Part shown: in pieces, positions 1-9,655 of the stretch | Layout: each line of letters begins with the position of its first letter | Numbering within the stretch: position 1 is the first letter of the stretch | Assembly: GCA_938034165.1 (NCBI GenBank) | Contig: CALHKP010000038.1 | Span: 6,029-70,028 of the forward strand | Direction of reading: 5' to 3' | Source of the DNA: an uncultured Clostridia bacterium | GTDB lineage: Bacteria > Bacillota > Clostridia > Peptostreptococcales > Anaerovoracaceae | DNA length: 64,000 nucleotides | The notes under the pieces: generated by a model | The model's database searches: none | Told to the model about the DNA's origin: nothing | Seen by the model: the letters and a program-made list of their open reading frames with translations, nothing else | Program-made: the position numbers and the translations under genes

Positions 1-254
1 TCCTTTAGCTCAAAGAGGTACTTTCTTGTTCCGTCAGTTCTTGACTTTTGTATCTGCAAAGGTTTGACCTCGCCTATATATGCATTTTCGGCAAGCTTAA
101 CCTTAAAAACTTCCGGGAGATTCGTCATCTCCCAGAAGTCTGTTACACCTTTGTAGATCCATTCGAATACCTGTTTAGCTCTAAACTTTGGTTCGCCCAT
201 GTTGACTACATATTCTTGTAGTTCCTCGAGAGTCAGGTTTCTAAGATCTGTCAT
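1..254 (-). CDS. rlmN: 23S rRNA/tRNA adenine-C2 methyltransferase RlmN, N-terminal fragment (continues beyond window)
   Basis: Not in the ORF track because it is open at the window edge. Reverse translation from the ATG at 252-254 gives MTDLRNLTLEELQEYVVNMGEPKFRAKQVFEWIYKGV..., a typical RlmN N-terminus. It starts 10 nt after the ileS stop. Confidence 0.75.
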   Translation of the reverse strand, partial: MTDLRNLTLEELQEYVVNMGEPKFRAKQVFEWIYKGVTDFWEMTNLPEVFKVKLAENAYIGEVKPLQIQKSRTDGTRKYLFELK

Positions 255-264
255 TTTGTTTTTC

Positions 265-3200
265 TCATATTCTTTCTACAGCGATTCCTGTGCTGTGACC
301 GTTCAGATCGTAAGCATCAAGACCTGTTTTTTCTGAAATTGAAGCTGCAAGAGTTTCTGACTTGATATAATCTTCGTGTAAAGCAACCGCAGCTTTTACT
401 TCTTCATCTGCATCGATATAAATATTGATATTGTCCATCATTTCGAAGTCTTCCTGCTTACGCATCTGCTGAACCTTTGAAACAAGTTCTCTTGCAAGAC
501 CTTCTTTTGCAAGCTCATCAGTTACTGTAGTATCAAGAATTGTAAATACATTATTTTCCATTGCTACAGCAAAGCCTTCTTTTGCACTGATTCTTACATC
601 TACGAATTCCTTCTGGATTTCGAAGTCTTCTCCGTCAAGCTTCATAACAACATTGCCGTTTTCCAGCTTTGATACGAATTCTGCAGGATTTTCTTTTGCA
701 AGAGCTCCGCCGAAGAGTTTAATCTTCTTGCCAAGAACCGGTCCTGCTACCTTAAAGTTAGGTTTCAGGCTATAGTTCATGAACTGATCAAGCTCGTCAG
801 CAAATACAACTTCTTTTACGTTAAGTTCTTCTTTTATCAGGTCAGCAAGGTCTTCGATTACAGGTTTGTATTTTCCATCAACCATTACTTCGTGAAGCGG
901 CTGTCTAACCTTGATTCTCTCTTTTTCTCTTGTTCCTCTTCCGAGAGTTACAAGTGTTCTTACAAGGTCCATTCTGTCTTCAACTTTTTCGTCAATCAGG
1001 GCTTCGTCAGCTACAGGGAAATCAGCAATATGAACTGTTTCTTCACCTGTCAGCTTTGTGAAGATTTCGTCTGAAATGAAAGGTGCAAACGGAGCAATAA
1101 GCTTTGCCACGCCTACGAGAACTTCGTAAGTTGTTGCATATACGCACTTCTTGTCTTCTGTCATTTCCTCGCCGTAGAATCTTCTTCTTGCTCTTCTGAT
1201 GTACCAGTTGGACAAGTCTTCTGAAACGAATTCAGTTACCGCACGAACAGTCTTCATGTGGTCGTATCCGTCCATGTATCCAGTTACTTCTTTTATCAGC
1301 TTGTTATACTTGGACAGAATCCATCTGTCAAGTTCAGGTCTCTTGCTGTATTCAACAAAGACATCGTCGATATTTACATTGTCCTGGTTTGAATATAGAA
1401 CAAAGAAGTTATATACGTTTTTCAGTGTTCCGAAGAATTTGCTTACTACATCGATAAGTCCATCTTCGTCAAACTTTGTTGGTGACCATGCAGGTGATAC
1501 TGAAAGCAGGTACCATCTTGTAGCATCTGCACCATATTTATCAAAGAGTTCAAATGGGGAAACTGTATTTCCTCTTGATTTTGACATTTTCTTGCCGTCT
1601 TTGTCCAAAATCAGGTCATTTACAAGTACATTCTTGTAAGGTGCTTTGCCCTTGATGAATGTTGAGATAGCCATAAGTGAGTAGAACCATCCTCTTGTCT
1701 GGTCAATACCTTCGCAAATGAAATCTGCAGGGAACAGTTTATCATCAAAGATTTCTTTATTTTCAAACGGATAGTGCCACTGAGCAAAAGGCATAGCTCC
1801 TGAGTCAAACCAGCAGTCCATTACTTCAGGAATTCTTGTCATAGGCTTTCCGCAATGAGGACATGTCAGATGGACATCATCAACATAAGGTCTGTGCAGT
1901 TCAATGCTTTCGTCGATATCTTCTACTGCTTTTTCTACAAGTTCTGCTCTGCTTCCGATACATTCCAGGTGACCGCATTCACATCTCCAGATTGGAATTG
2001 GTGTACCCCAGTATCTGCTTCTTGAGATAGCCCAGTCTTTTACTTCTGCAAGCCAGTTTCCAAATCTCTTTTCGCCAACGAATTCAGGATACCAGTTTAC
2101 TGTATCGTTGTTTGCTACAAGCTGATCCTTGAGCTTGCTCATTTCGATGTACCAGCTTGGCTTTGCATAGTAAACAAGAGGAGTTCCGCATCTCCAGCAG
2201 TGTGGGTAGTTATGTTCCATCTTCTGCTTTGAGAAAATCTTGTTTCCTTCTGCAAGATATTTGAGGATTTCAACATCTAATCCTTCTTCCATTACGAAGT
2301 GACCCTTCCATGGAGTTTCTGTATAGCATCCTCTTTCGTCAACAGGCTGAATCATTGGAAGATCATATTTTCTTCCGCACTGATAGTCATCTTCACCAAA
2401 TGCAGGAGCTGTATGAACGATACCTGTACCGTCTTCTACAGATACGTAATCCATACATGTTACGAAGAATGCCTTTTTGTCAGCCTTGCAGAATGGCATC
2501 AATTGTTCATATTCAATGTATTCGAGATCCTTGCCGAGCATTTCTTCAACTACTTCGTATTTTCCTTCGCCCAGAACCTTGTCTGCAAGTGATTTAGCAA
2601 CATAGAAATAGTTTCCTGCTTCGTCTGTGTCTGTCATCTTTGCTTTAACATATTCGATGTCAGGTCCTACTGTAAGTACTGTATTTGATGCAAGTGTCCA
2701 TGGAGTTGTTGTCCATGCCAGGAAGTACTCGTTGTCTCTGTCCTTTCTCTTGAATTTTACAACAAGAGTGTTGACCTTAACTTCTTTGTATCCCTGTGCT
2801 ACTTCGTGAGAAGCAAGACCTGTTCCGCATCTTGGGCAATATGGAAGAATCTTATGTCCTTCGTAAATCATGCCTGCTTTGAAGAATTCTTTCAGAATCC
2901 ACCAGCCTGTTTCGATGTAGTTGTTATCTAATGTGATGTATGGGTTGTCAAGGTCTACCAGGTAACCCATTCTTTCAGTCATTTCTCTCCACATTCCTGT
3001 GTAAGTGAATACTGATTCTCTGCACTTTTCGTTGAATTCTTTGATTCCGTATTTTTCGATATCCTGCTTACCGCTCATGTTAAGCTGCTTTTCAACTTCG
3101 ATTTCTACAGGAAGACCATGAGTGTCCCATCCTGCTTTTCTGTTAACCTGGAATCCTTTCATTGTCTTGTATCTACAAATGGAGTCCTTAAGAGTTCTTG

Positions 3201-3378
3201 CCATTACATGGTGAATTCCCGGTTTTCCATTTGCTGTAGGAGGTCCTTCGTAGAATACGAAGCTTGGCTGACCTTCCCTTGCTGTTACGCACTTATGCAA
3301 TAAGTCTTCTTCTTTCCATTTTGCAACCTGGTCGTTCTGAACTTCTGCGACAGGTCTGTCTGATAGCTTTTCAAACAT
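265..3378 (-). CDS. ileS: Isoleucine--tRNA ligase (type 2, long form)
   Basis: Contains class I aaRS motifs PPTANGKPGIHH (HIGH-like) and KMSKS. The ORF-track start at 3438 is a TTG inside the T-box terminator tail, so I trimmed to the ATG at 3378 (MFEKLSDRPV...), which is preceded by AAAGGAAAG. Confidence 0.95.
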   Translation of the reverse strand: MFEKLSDRPVAEVQNDQVAKWKEEDLLHKCVTAREGQPSFVFYEGPPTANGKPGIHHVMARTLKDSICRYKTMKGFQVNRKAGWDTHGLPVEIEVEKQLNMSGKQDIEKYGIKEFNEKCRESVFTYTGMWREMTERMGYLVDLDNPYITLDNNYIETGWWILKEFFKAGMIYEGHKILPYCPRCGTGLASHEVAQGYKEVKVNTLVVKFKRKDRDNEYFLAWTTTPWTLASNTVLTVGPDIEYVKAKMTDTDEAGNYFYVAKSLADKVLGEGKYEVVEEMLGKDLEYIEYEQLMPFCKADKKAFFVTCMDYVSVEDGTGIVHTAPAFGEDDYQCGRKYDLPMIQPVDERGCYTETPWKGHFVMEEGLDVEILKYLAEGNKIFSKQKMEHNYPHCWRCGTPLVYYAKPSWYIEMSKLKDQLVANNDTVNWYPEFVGEKRFGNWLAEVKDWAISRSRYWGTPIPIWRCECGHLECIGSRAELVEKAVEDIDESIELHRPYVDDVHLTCPHCGKPMTRIPEVMDCWFDSGAMPFAQWHYPFENKEIFDDKLFPADFICEGIDQTRGWFYSLMAISTFIKGKAPYKNVLVNDLILDKDGKKMSKSRGNTVSPFELFDKYGADATRWYLLSVSPAWSPTKFDEDGLIDVVSKFFGTLKNVYNFFVLYSNQDNVNIDDVFVEYSKRPELDRWILSKYNKLIKEVTGYMDGYDHMKTVRAVTEFVSEDLSNWYIRRARRRFYGEEMTEDKKCVYATTYEVLVGVAKLIAPFAPFISDEIFTKLTGEETVHIADFPVADEALIDEKVEDRMDLVRTLVTLGRGTREKERIKVRQPLHEVMVDGKYKPVIEDLADLIKEELNVKEVVFADELDQFMNYSLKPNFKVAGPVLGKKIKLFGGALAKENPAEFVSKLENGNVVMKLDGEDFEIQKEFVDVRISAKEGFAVAMENNVFTILDTTVTDELAKEGLARELVSKVQQMRKQEDFEMMDNINIYIDADEEVKAAVALHEDYIKSETLAASISEKTGLDAYDLNGHSTGIAVERI

Positions 3379-3436
3379 TTCTTTAACTTTCCTTTCGATT
3401 GTTTTTCTTCGCATATCTGATATATGCACTTTTCTC

Positions 3437-3672
3437 AAAAAAAATCCCTAATCGGGATTTTAAATCCGATTAGGGACGATTATTTCTTAACCGCGGTACC
3501 ACCCTAGTTGCTTACCTCTATCAAGGCGCCTCTCATTAAAGTGTCAGGCTCCGGAGTGATATTCACATACAGCTTCACCATCGATTTCTCAGCTTTCAAT
3601 CGACTCTCTGTAAGGTTATTACACTGCTGCTACTTTGGTTCCTTCTCTGCCCGAATATGTAATTTTATGTAC
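3437..3672 (-). promoter_or_regulatory. T-box leader (tRNA-Ile sensing) with intrinsic terminator
   Basis: The minus strand carries the conserved T-box sequence AACUAGGGUGGUACCGCGG (3491-3509). Stem I elements CAGAGAG and GGUGAAG are present. The specifier loop reads GAAU-AUC-A (AUC at 3558-3560). The terminator stem is UCCCUAAUCGG/CCGAUUAGGGA (3445-3475) followed by U8. Confidence 0.85.
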
Positions 3673-3678
3673 CCGATT

Positions 3679-3707
3679 ATTCTACCATTGAGAACAATCA
3701 ATTTCAA
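3679..3707 (-). promoter_or_regulatory. sigma-A type promoter of the ileS T-box leader
   Basis: Minus strand shows TTGAAA (3702-3707), a 17-bp spacer, then TAGAAT (3679-3684). Confidence 0.55.
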
Positions 3708-3747
3708 GAGTTATTCAACAAAAAATTTGTTATTTTTTTGTTTTAAC

Positions 3748-5856
3748 TTACAGTAACTCTTTTCTTGAAAGGTTGATTCTGTTCTGGCTGTCGATTTCAG
3801 TAACCTTAACCTTAACAACATCTCCGATGTTCATAACATCTTCAACTTTTTCAACTCTTTCTTTTGCCATCTTGGAGATGTGAAGCAGACCTTCTTTTCC
3901 CGGAAGGATTTCAATGAATGCACCAAACGGCATAATTCTCTTTACTTCACCTTCATAGATTTCTCCTGCTTCAACGTCTTTTGTCAGAAGTTCAATCTGA
4001 GCTTTTGCTGCTTCAGCACCTGCCATGTCTGAGCTGTAAATGCTGATAAGACCTGACTGATCTTCTGCAATATCAATCTTAACGCCTGTTTCTTCGATAA
4101 TCTTGTTGATAGTCTTTCCTCCCGGTCCGATTACGATTCTAATCTTATCAGGATCGATATGGATATTGAGGCTTCTAGGCGCATATTTTGACATTTCTTC
4201 TCTTGGAGCCGGAATTTCTTCTAACATTTCGTGCATGATATGCATTCTTCCAACTCTAGCCTGTTCAAGAGCCTTTTCGAGGATTTCTCTTGATAGACCG
4301 TGAACTTTGATATCCATCTGAATTGCTGTAACACCTACTTCTGTACCTGTTACCTTAAAGTCCATGTCTCCGAGGAAGTCTTCCATACCCTGAATATCAC
4401 TCAGGATAGCCATCTTGCTTGTGCCATCTTCTTCAACTCTTTCGATAAGACCCATTGCGATACCTGCTACAGGTCTCTTGATTGGTACACCGGCATCCAT
4501 AAGTGCAAGACATGAACCGCAAGTTGAACCCATAGAAGTTGATCCATTTGATGAAAGAACTTCTGATACAACTCTGATTGCATATGGGAATTCTTCAACT
4601 GAAGGAAGAACAGGAATAAGAGCTCTTTCTGCCAGAGCGCCGTGTCCGATTTCTCTTCTTCCCGGGCTTCTTGGTGATCTTGCTTCGCCTACTGAGTATG
4701 CAGGGAAGTTGTAGTGATGCATATATCTCTTTTCTGTCTGTTCTGTGATTCCGTCGATTACCTGAGCTTCACTTGCAGGTGCAAGGGTACATGCAGAAAG
4801 AACCTGAGTCTGTCCTCTCTTGAAAAGTCCGCTTCCGTGTACTCTTGGGAGCATCTGTGTTTCACACCAGATAGGTCTGATTTCGTCAAGCTTTCTATTG
4901 TCAGGTCTGATTCCCTCATCAAGAATCATAGCTCTTACAGTTTCTTTAGTGATGTTGTAAAGAACACTTGCGATATCCTTTTCGTTTTCAGGATAGATTT
5001 CTGCAAAATGTTCCTTAGTTTCAACTTCTACAGCATCCATGTTGTCAAGTCTTTCCTGCTTGTCAAATGTTTTGATAGCTTCCTTCATTCTTGAAACTGC
5101 ATATTCTCTTACTGCTGCATCAATATCTTCAGGAATTGTATAAATAGCTGATTCCTGCTTTTCTTTGCCTACTTCTGCAACGATTTCTTCGATGAATTCA
5201 ACAATCTTTTTGATTTCTTCGTGTGCAAAGAGTATAGCATCAAGCATTACGCTTTCAGGAACTTCTTCTGCACCTGCTTCTACCATCATGATTGCGTCTT
5301 TTGTACCTGCAACAGTCAGGTTCATAATTGATTTTTCTCTCTGTTCAAGAGATGGGTTTATGATAAATTCTCCGTCAACCATTCCTACACGAACTGAACC
5401 TGTAGGACCGTCCCATGGAATATCAGATGTTGCAATTGCTACTGAAGAACCAATCATAGCCATGATATCAGTTTCGCAGTCAGGGTCAACTGACATAACA
5501 GTAGCTACAACAACTACATCATTGTAGTATCCTTTTGGGAACAAAGGTCTCAAAGGTCTGTCCATAAGTCTTGAGTTCAGGATAGCTCTTTCGCTTGGTC
5601 TTCCTTCTCTCTTTATGAATCCTCCCGGAATCTTACCTGCTGCATACATTCTTTCTTCGTAGTCACAGCTCAGAGGGAAGAAATCAATATCAGGTCTAGG
5701 CTCTTTTGAGGCGCAGACAGTAACATTAACCACTGATTCACCATATCTTACCATTACCTGTCCATTGGCCTGTTCGCAGACCTTGCCGATTTCCAGCTGT
5801 AGAAGTCTTCCGCCTACAGCAGTCTTGAATGTTCTGTAATCTGTAAATCTTGCCAT
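3748..5856 (-). CDS. pnp: Polyribonucleotide nucleotidyltransferase (PNPase)
   Basis: 702 aa with two RNase PH domains plus KH and S1 (..[10 protein letters not shown].., ..[26 protein letters not shown]..). Sits downstream of rpsO, as is usual. Confidence 0.97.
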   Translation of the reverse strand: MARFTDYRTFKTAVGGRLLQLEIGKVCEQANGQVMVRYGESVVNVTVCASKEPRPDIDFFPLSCDYEERMYAAGKIPGGFIKREGRPSERAILNSRLMDRPLRPLFPKGYYNDVVVVATVMSVDPDCETDIMAMIGSSVAIATSDIPWDGPTGSVRVGMVDGEFIINPSLEQREKSIMNLTVAGTKDAIMMVEAGAEEVPESVMLDAILFAHEEIKKIVEFIEEIVAEVGKEKQESAIYTIPEDIDAAVREYAVSRMKEAIKTFDKQERLDNMDAVEVETKEHFAEIYPENEKDIASVLYNITKETVRAMILDEGIRPDNRKLDEIRPIWCETQMLPRVHGSGLFKRGQTQVLSACTLAPASEAQVIDGITEQTEKRYMHHYNFPAYSVGEARSPRSPGRREIGHGALAERALIPVLPSVEEFPYAIRVVSEVLSSNGSTSMGSTCGSCLALMDAGVPIKRPVAGIAMGLIERVEEDGTSKMAILSDIQGMEDFLGDMDFKVTGTEVGVTAIQMDIKVHGLSREILEKALEQARVGRMHIMHEMLEEIPAPREEMSKYAPRSLNIHIDPDKIRIVIGPGGKTINKIIEETGVKIDIAEDQSGLISIYSSDMAGAEAAKAQIELLTKDVEAGEIYEGEVKRIMPFGAFIEILPGKEGLLHISKMAKERVEKVEDVMNIGDVVKVKVTEIDSQNRINLSRKELL

Positions 5857-5914
5857 TTAATAAACAACTCCTTCCTGTTTATCCATCTTTTCCTTTTGGC
5901 ATTAACAATAAAAT

Positions 5915-5946
5915 ATAAATAAAGGCGGGGTTTTTCTTTCCCCGCC
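5915..5946 (-). terminator. rpsO terminator / pnp leader hairpin
   Basis: Stem GGCGGGG/CCCCGCC (5924-5930 pairs with 5940-5946), followed on the minus strand by UUUAUUUAU. It begins 18 nt after the rpsO stop. Confidence 0.7.
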
Positions 5947-5963
5947 AAAATTCTTAATAGTAA

Positions 5964-6230
5964 TTACTTTCTTAATCCTAAACGAGCGATAAGAGTTCTG
6001 TATCTTTCGATATCAACTTCCTTTAGGTAGTTAAGAAGGTTTCTTCTCTGACCTACCATCTTCAGAAGACCTCTTCTTGAGTGGTGGTCCTTCTTGTGAA
6101 TCTTAAGGTGTTCGTTTAAGTCGTTGATTCTAGCTGTCAGAATAGCAACCTGAACTTCAGGGGAACCTGTGTCTCCTTCTTTAGTTGCATAGTCAGCGAT
6201 AATCTGTGCTTTCATTTCTTTTGTAATCAT
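5964..6230 (-). CDS. rpsO: 30S ribosomal protein S15
   Basis: [63 protein letters not shown]... is a typical 88-aa S15. I trimmed the ORF-track 116-aa extension to the ATG at 6230, which has a GGAGAAAAAAC RBS. Confidence 0.95.
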   Translation of the reverse strand: MITKEMKAQIIADYATKEGDTGSPEVQVAILTARINDLNEHLKIHKKDHHSRRGLLKMVGQRRNLLNYLKEVDIERYRTLIARLGLRK

Positions 6231-6255
6231 GTTTTTTCTCCTTTTCTTTAATACG

Positions 6256-6299
6256 CCTTCACTGAGTAATCGTCTGGAGATGCGAAAACTAAGTGAAAG
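6256..6299 (-). promoter_or_regulatory. Stem-loop in the rpsO 5' UTR (candidate S15 autoregulatory leader)
   Basis: A 12-bp helix, CUUUCACUUAGU/ACUCAGUGAAGG with one mismatch, lies between the predicted promoter and the rpsO RBS. Confidence 0.35.
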
Positions 6300-6317
6300 T
6301 AAAAAACTCAACAAGTA

Positions 6318-6346
6318 ATTCTAACATATAGGTTGCAAATTTGCAA
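6318..6346 (-). promoter_or_regulatory. sigma-A type promoter of rpsO
   Basis: Minus strand shows TTGCAA (6341-6346), a 17-bp spacer, then TAGAAT (6318-6323). Confidence 0.55.
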
Positions 6347-6371
6347 TGGTTTTATCAACAAATTTATCATC

Positions 6372-7316
6372 CTACTGTTCAGGATTCCAGCCGTGTTCCA
6401 AATGATACTCCTTTGCTTCCCTGCAGTCTCTGAGAATCTGATCGGAAAGTTCCTGAATATCATCAAATTTAACTTCATCTCTTGTCTTTTTAAGGAATTC
6501 AACCTCTATTTCTTTTCCATAAAGCTCCTTGTCAAAGTTAAAGATGTGAGTTTCAACATTTTTTTTGTAAGTTCCTATCGTTGGTTTAATACCCACGTTA
6601 GTAACACTCGGGTATCTCACTCCGTTATACGTACAATATGTTATGTAAACTCCATTTGGAGGAGTTACCATATCAGGATCAATTACAAGATTTGATGTAG
6701 GGAATCCTATAGTTCTTCCGAGCTTGTTTCCCACTACAACCTCACCACCGATAAAGTAATTTCTTCCCATGTATGTTTCGCACTGCTCAACTTGTCCTGA
6801 GGCAATCAGCGTGCGAATAAACGAAGAGCTTACGATATTGTCATTGATTTTATAGGCGTCCATCTCTTCCACATCAAAATGGTCTTCTTTTCCCACCTCT
6901 CTGAGAAAGTCAGGATTACCACCTGCCTTAAATCCAAATCTGTAATTAAAGCCGCAGAATGCAGCATGCATATTAAATTTTTCAATCAGCAGTTTCTCAA
7001 CAAAATCCCTTCGATCCATAGTCATTATTTCCGTTGTGAAAGGGATTGAGAAAAGATAATCCACTCCGAGGCTTTCTATTATTTCATACTTGTCTCTCTG
7101 TGCAAGTATGCATTTCACCTTTGTTGCACCCGGAAGAAGATCCTTCGGATGATTTGAAAAAGTAAATACTGCTGACTTGAGGTTGTCTTTCTTTGCTTTT
7201 GCAACTGCCTTTTTGATGAGCTCCTGATGTCCATAATGAACACCGTCAAAATTTCCGAGAGCTACCGCAGTCGGCTCTAAATCTTTGATTTCATCTAAAC
7301 TTTCAAAAATAATCAT
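6372..7316 (-). CDS. ribF: Bifunctional riboflavin kinase / FMN adenylyltransferase
   Basis: 314 aa. N-terminal GNFDGVHYGHQ nucleotidyltransferase motif and C-terminal riboflavin kinase domain (..GFPTSN..). Confidence 0.93.
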   Translation of the reverse strand: MIIFESLDEIKDLEPTAVALGNFDGVHYGHQELIKKAVAKAKKDNLKSAVFTFSNHPKDLLPGATKVKCILAQRDKYEIIESLGVDYLFSIPFTTEIMTMDRRDFVEKLLIEKFNMHAAFCGFNYRFGFKAGGNPDFLREVGKEDHFDVEEMDAYKINDNIVSSSFIRTLIASGQVEQCETYMGRNYFIGGEVVVGNKLGRTIGFPTSNLVIDPDMVTPPNGVYITYCTYNGVRYPSVTNVGIKPTIGTYKKNVETHIFNFDKELYGKEIEVEFLKKTRDEVKFDDIQELSDQILRDCREAKEYHLEHGWNPEQ

Positions 7317-7322
7317 TATACC

Positions 7323-8276
7323 TTACCTTGCATAAAAAATTTTATCAGCTTTGAGAAGTCCCTTGTCTGCAACAAATCCGACTCCCAAAAAACACTTCTG
7401 TCCATTTATTTCGCCATATACGTTATATGCATTTTTGTATTCGTCCCTTATTGGAAGATAAAAGTCCTCAGATTCGTACTTTGGTGCCTTTTCTTTTTCC
7501 CACCGTGAAGCCGGAATTCTGCCTCCGTTTGTAAAAATCTTCGTGTCGAACTCGTCCAGGATTGCAACGCCAAAGTTTTCCAGAGCAATGTCAGGATTTT
7601 GAACGAATTTCAAAATCTCTTCCCTGGTCATCTCTCTGAGATCCTCCAGATTTACCGACTCAGCTTTTGTAAACACACCGCTTGCTGCGCGTTCAAGCTT
7701 TATCATAGTCGCACCACATCCAAGAGCTTCTCCAATGTCCTGGCATATAGTTCTCACATATGTTCCTTTGGAGCAGGTCACAGAAAAAGTAACCTCACCG
7801 GCGTCCCCATCAAAGTTGTCAATCGTCAAATTGTCAATGTATATTTTTCGCAGTTTTACATCCACTGACTTTCCTTCTCTGGCATACTCATAAAGCTTTT
7901 TGCCGTTAACCTTCAGCGCCGAATACATTGGAGGTCTCTGTTCGATTATTCCGCGAAAATTTTCAGTCACGTTCAAAACATCTTCTTTCGTTATGTGAGA
8001 ACAATCTCTTTCCTCAATTATCTGTCCCCAGATGTCCTGTGTATCCGTAATCAGCCCGAGCCTTAGGGTACATATATATGTCTTAAGGTCCATATCCAGA
8101 TACTCCATAACACGCGTTGCCTTGCCTATACATACCGGAAGCACACCTACAGCCATGGGATCAAGAGTCCCCGTATGGCCGATTTTTTTGATTCCGAGAA
8201 GTTTTCTCATTATGGCTACAACATCGTGAGATGTCATATCTGACGGTTTGTACACATTGATTATTCCGTCAATCAT
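7323..8276 (-). CDS. truB: tRNA pseudouridine(55) synthase TruB
   Basis: Contains the HTGTLDPMAVGVLPV catalytic Asp motif. I trimmed the TTG ORF start (8300) to the ATG at 8276 (MIDGIINVYKP...), which overlaps the nrnA stop by 8 nt. Confidence 0.92.
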   Translation of the reverse strand: MIDGIINVYKPSDMTSHDVVAIMRKLLGIKKIGHTGTLDPMAVGVLPVCIGKATRVMEYLDMDLKTYICTLRLGLITDTQDIWGQIIEERDCSHITKEDVLNVTENFRGIIEQRPPMYSALKVNGKKLYEYAREGKSVDVKLRKIYIDNLTIDNFDGDAGEVTFSVTCSKGTYVRTICQDIGEALGCGATMIKLERAASGVFTKAESVNLEDLREMTREEILKFVQNPDIALENFGVAILDEFDTKIFTNGGRIPASRWEKEKAPKYESEDFYLPIRDEYKNAYNVYGEINGQKCFLGVGFVADKGLLKADKIFYAR

Positions 8277-9246
8277 TATATTTTTCCATTTCTTTTTCAA
8301 GTATTTTTTCTAGGCGCACCAAAGCTTCCTGCAAGGAGCAGTCCATACTGAATCCTGCCGCTCTGACATGTCCGCCTCCGTCAAAAGCCGCTGCAATCTT
8401 AGAAACATCTACATATTTCTTCGAACGCATGCTGACTTTTATATCATTCTTTGCCTTTTCCTTTACGAAAACAGCCACTTCCGCACCGCGTACCGATCTC
8501 AAAGTACCTACGATTCCATTTGTTTCGTTCATATAAGCACCCGACTCCTCAAGCATTTCCTGAGAAACGTAAGCAATCAGAACTTTGCCACCGCAAAGTG
8601 AACGCATATGATCTATCGACATGCTTTCTATTTTGATTTTTTCCAGTCTGTCATTTTCAAATATTTCAACACTCACATCATTTGGGTTAAGACCCTTATC
8701 CATAAGATCCGATGCAATATCAAATGTCTCTTTCTGCGTATTTGAATATTGAAATCCGCCAGTATCAGTCAGAAGTGCCGCAAATATTCTGCCGGCAGTT
8801 TCCTTCTTTATTTCGATATTCATCGCCTTTATCAATTTATATATGAGCTGGCCCGTAGCTGCCTGTGAACCGTCTATATGATTGTATATGCAAAATGGTT
8901 CGCTTGTATTGTGATGGTCTATACAAACTGTTGTCGCCGCACTCAGAAATGCCTGTTCTCTTCCCTTGATTCTGCCAAGGTCCCCGCAGTCTACACAAAC
9001 TGAAATGTCCGCAGAAGCTGCTTTTTCCCCATCATTGTGAAAAAAGTCGCCGCAAAGAAAACTTAAATTTTCAGGAACATCTTCTATAATGTAGACAGAT
9101 GCTTCCTTTCCTGCTCTCAAAAGCGCTTCGCACAAAGCACTGCACGATCCGACAGCATCGCCATCCATGCCGATGTGCGGATAAAGTACAATCTTTTCAC
9201 CGCCAAGCAGCACTTTTGCAATTTCTTCGATACTGTTATTCTTCAT
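8269..9246 (-). CDS. nrnA: DHH/DHHA1 phosphoesterase (NrnA-type nanoRNase / pAp phosphatase)
   Basis: Shows DHH-family motifs (HIGMDGD, CIDHH) and the DHHA1 motif GGGH. Lies in the conserved rbfA-nrnA-truB position. Confidence 0.85.
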   Translation of the reverse strand: MKNNSIEEIAKVLLGGEKIVLYPHIGMDGDAVGSCSALCEALLRAGKEASVYIIEDVPENLSFLCGDFFHNDGEKAASADISVCVDCGDLGRIKGREQAFLSAATTVCIDHHNTSEPFCIYNHIDGSQAATGQLIYKLIKAMNIEIKKETAGRIFAALLTDTGGFQYSNTQKETFDIASDLMDKGLNPNDVSVEIFENDRLEKIKIESMSIDHMRSLCGGKVLIAYVSQEMLEESGAYMNETNGIVGTLRSVRGAEVAVFVKEKAKNDIKVSMRSKKYVDVSKIAAAFDGGGHVRAAGFSMDCSLQEALVRLEKILEKEMEKYND

Positions 9247-9631
9247 CTTCTATTTCCAGTTCTTTTATAACTTTTGAAATATGTCTTCCGTATTCCATTG
9301 AATTATCTATTTTGAAGATAAGTTCAGGAATATGTCTTAATTTTACTTTTTTTCCTATTTCTTTTTTGAACAAACCTTTTGCGCTGTTCATGCCTGCAAG
9401 TACATCATCCTGTATGGCTTTTTGCTCATCAGTGAGCTCAGCACCTGCACTCCCTGCAGTCAGTACTGTAACATAACATGTGGCATAGCTGCCGTCGCTT
9501 GTTACATCCACACCTGAAATGCTTACCATTGCAGACTGAAGTCTCGGATCTTTAATTCCGGAAATAAGCATCTCACTTATGATTCTTCTTATTTCCTCGC
9601 CGAGTCTTCCGCTTCTGTATCCTCTGCCCAT
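9236..9631 (-). CDS. rbfA: Ribosome-binding factor A
   Basis: 131 aa. The RLGEEIRRIISEMLI...DPRL sequence is typical of RbfA. Lies in infB operon context. Confidence 0.92.
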   Translation of the reverse strand: MGRGYRSGRLGEEIRRIISEMLISGIKDPRLQSAMVSISGVDVTSDGSYATCYVTVLTAGSAGAELTDEQKAIQDDVLAGMNSAKGLFKKEIGKKVKLRHIPELIFKIDNSMEYGRHISKVIKELEIEDEE

Positions 9632-9655
9632 ATTCTTTCCTTTCAGGCAAAATGC

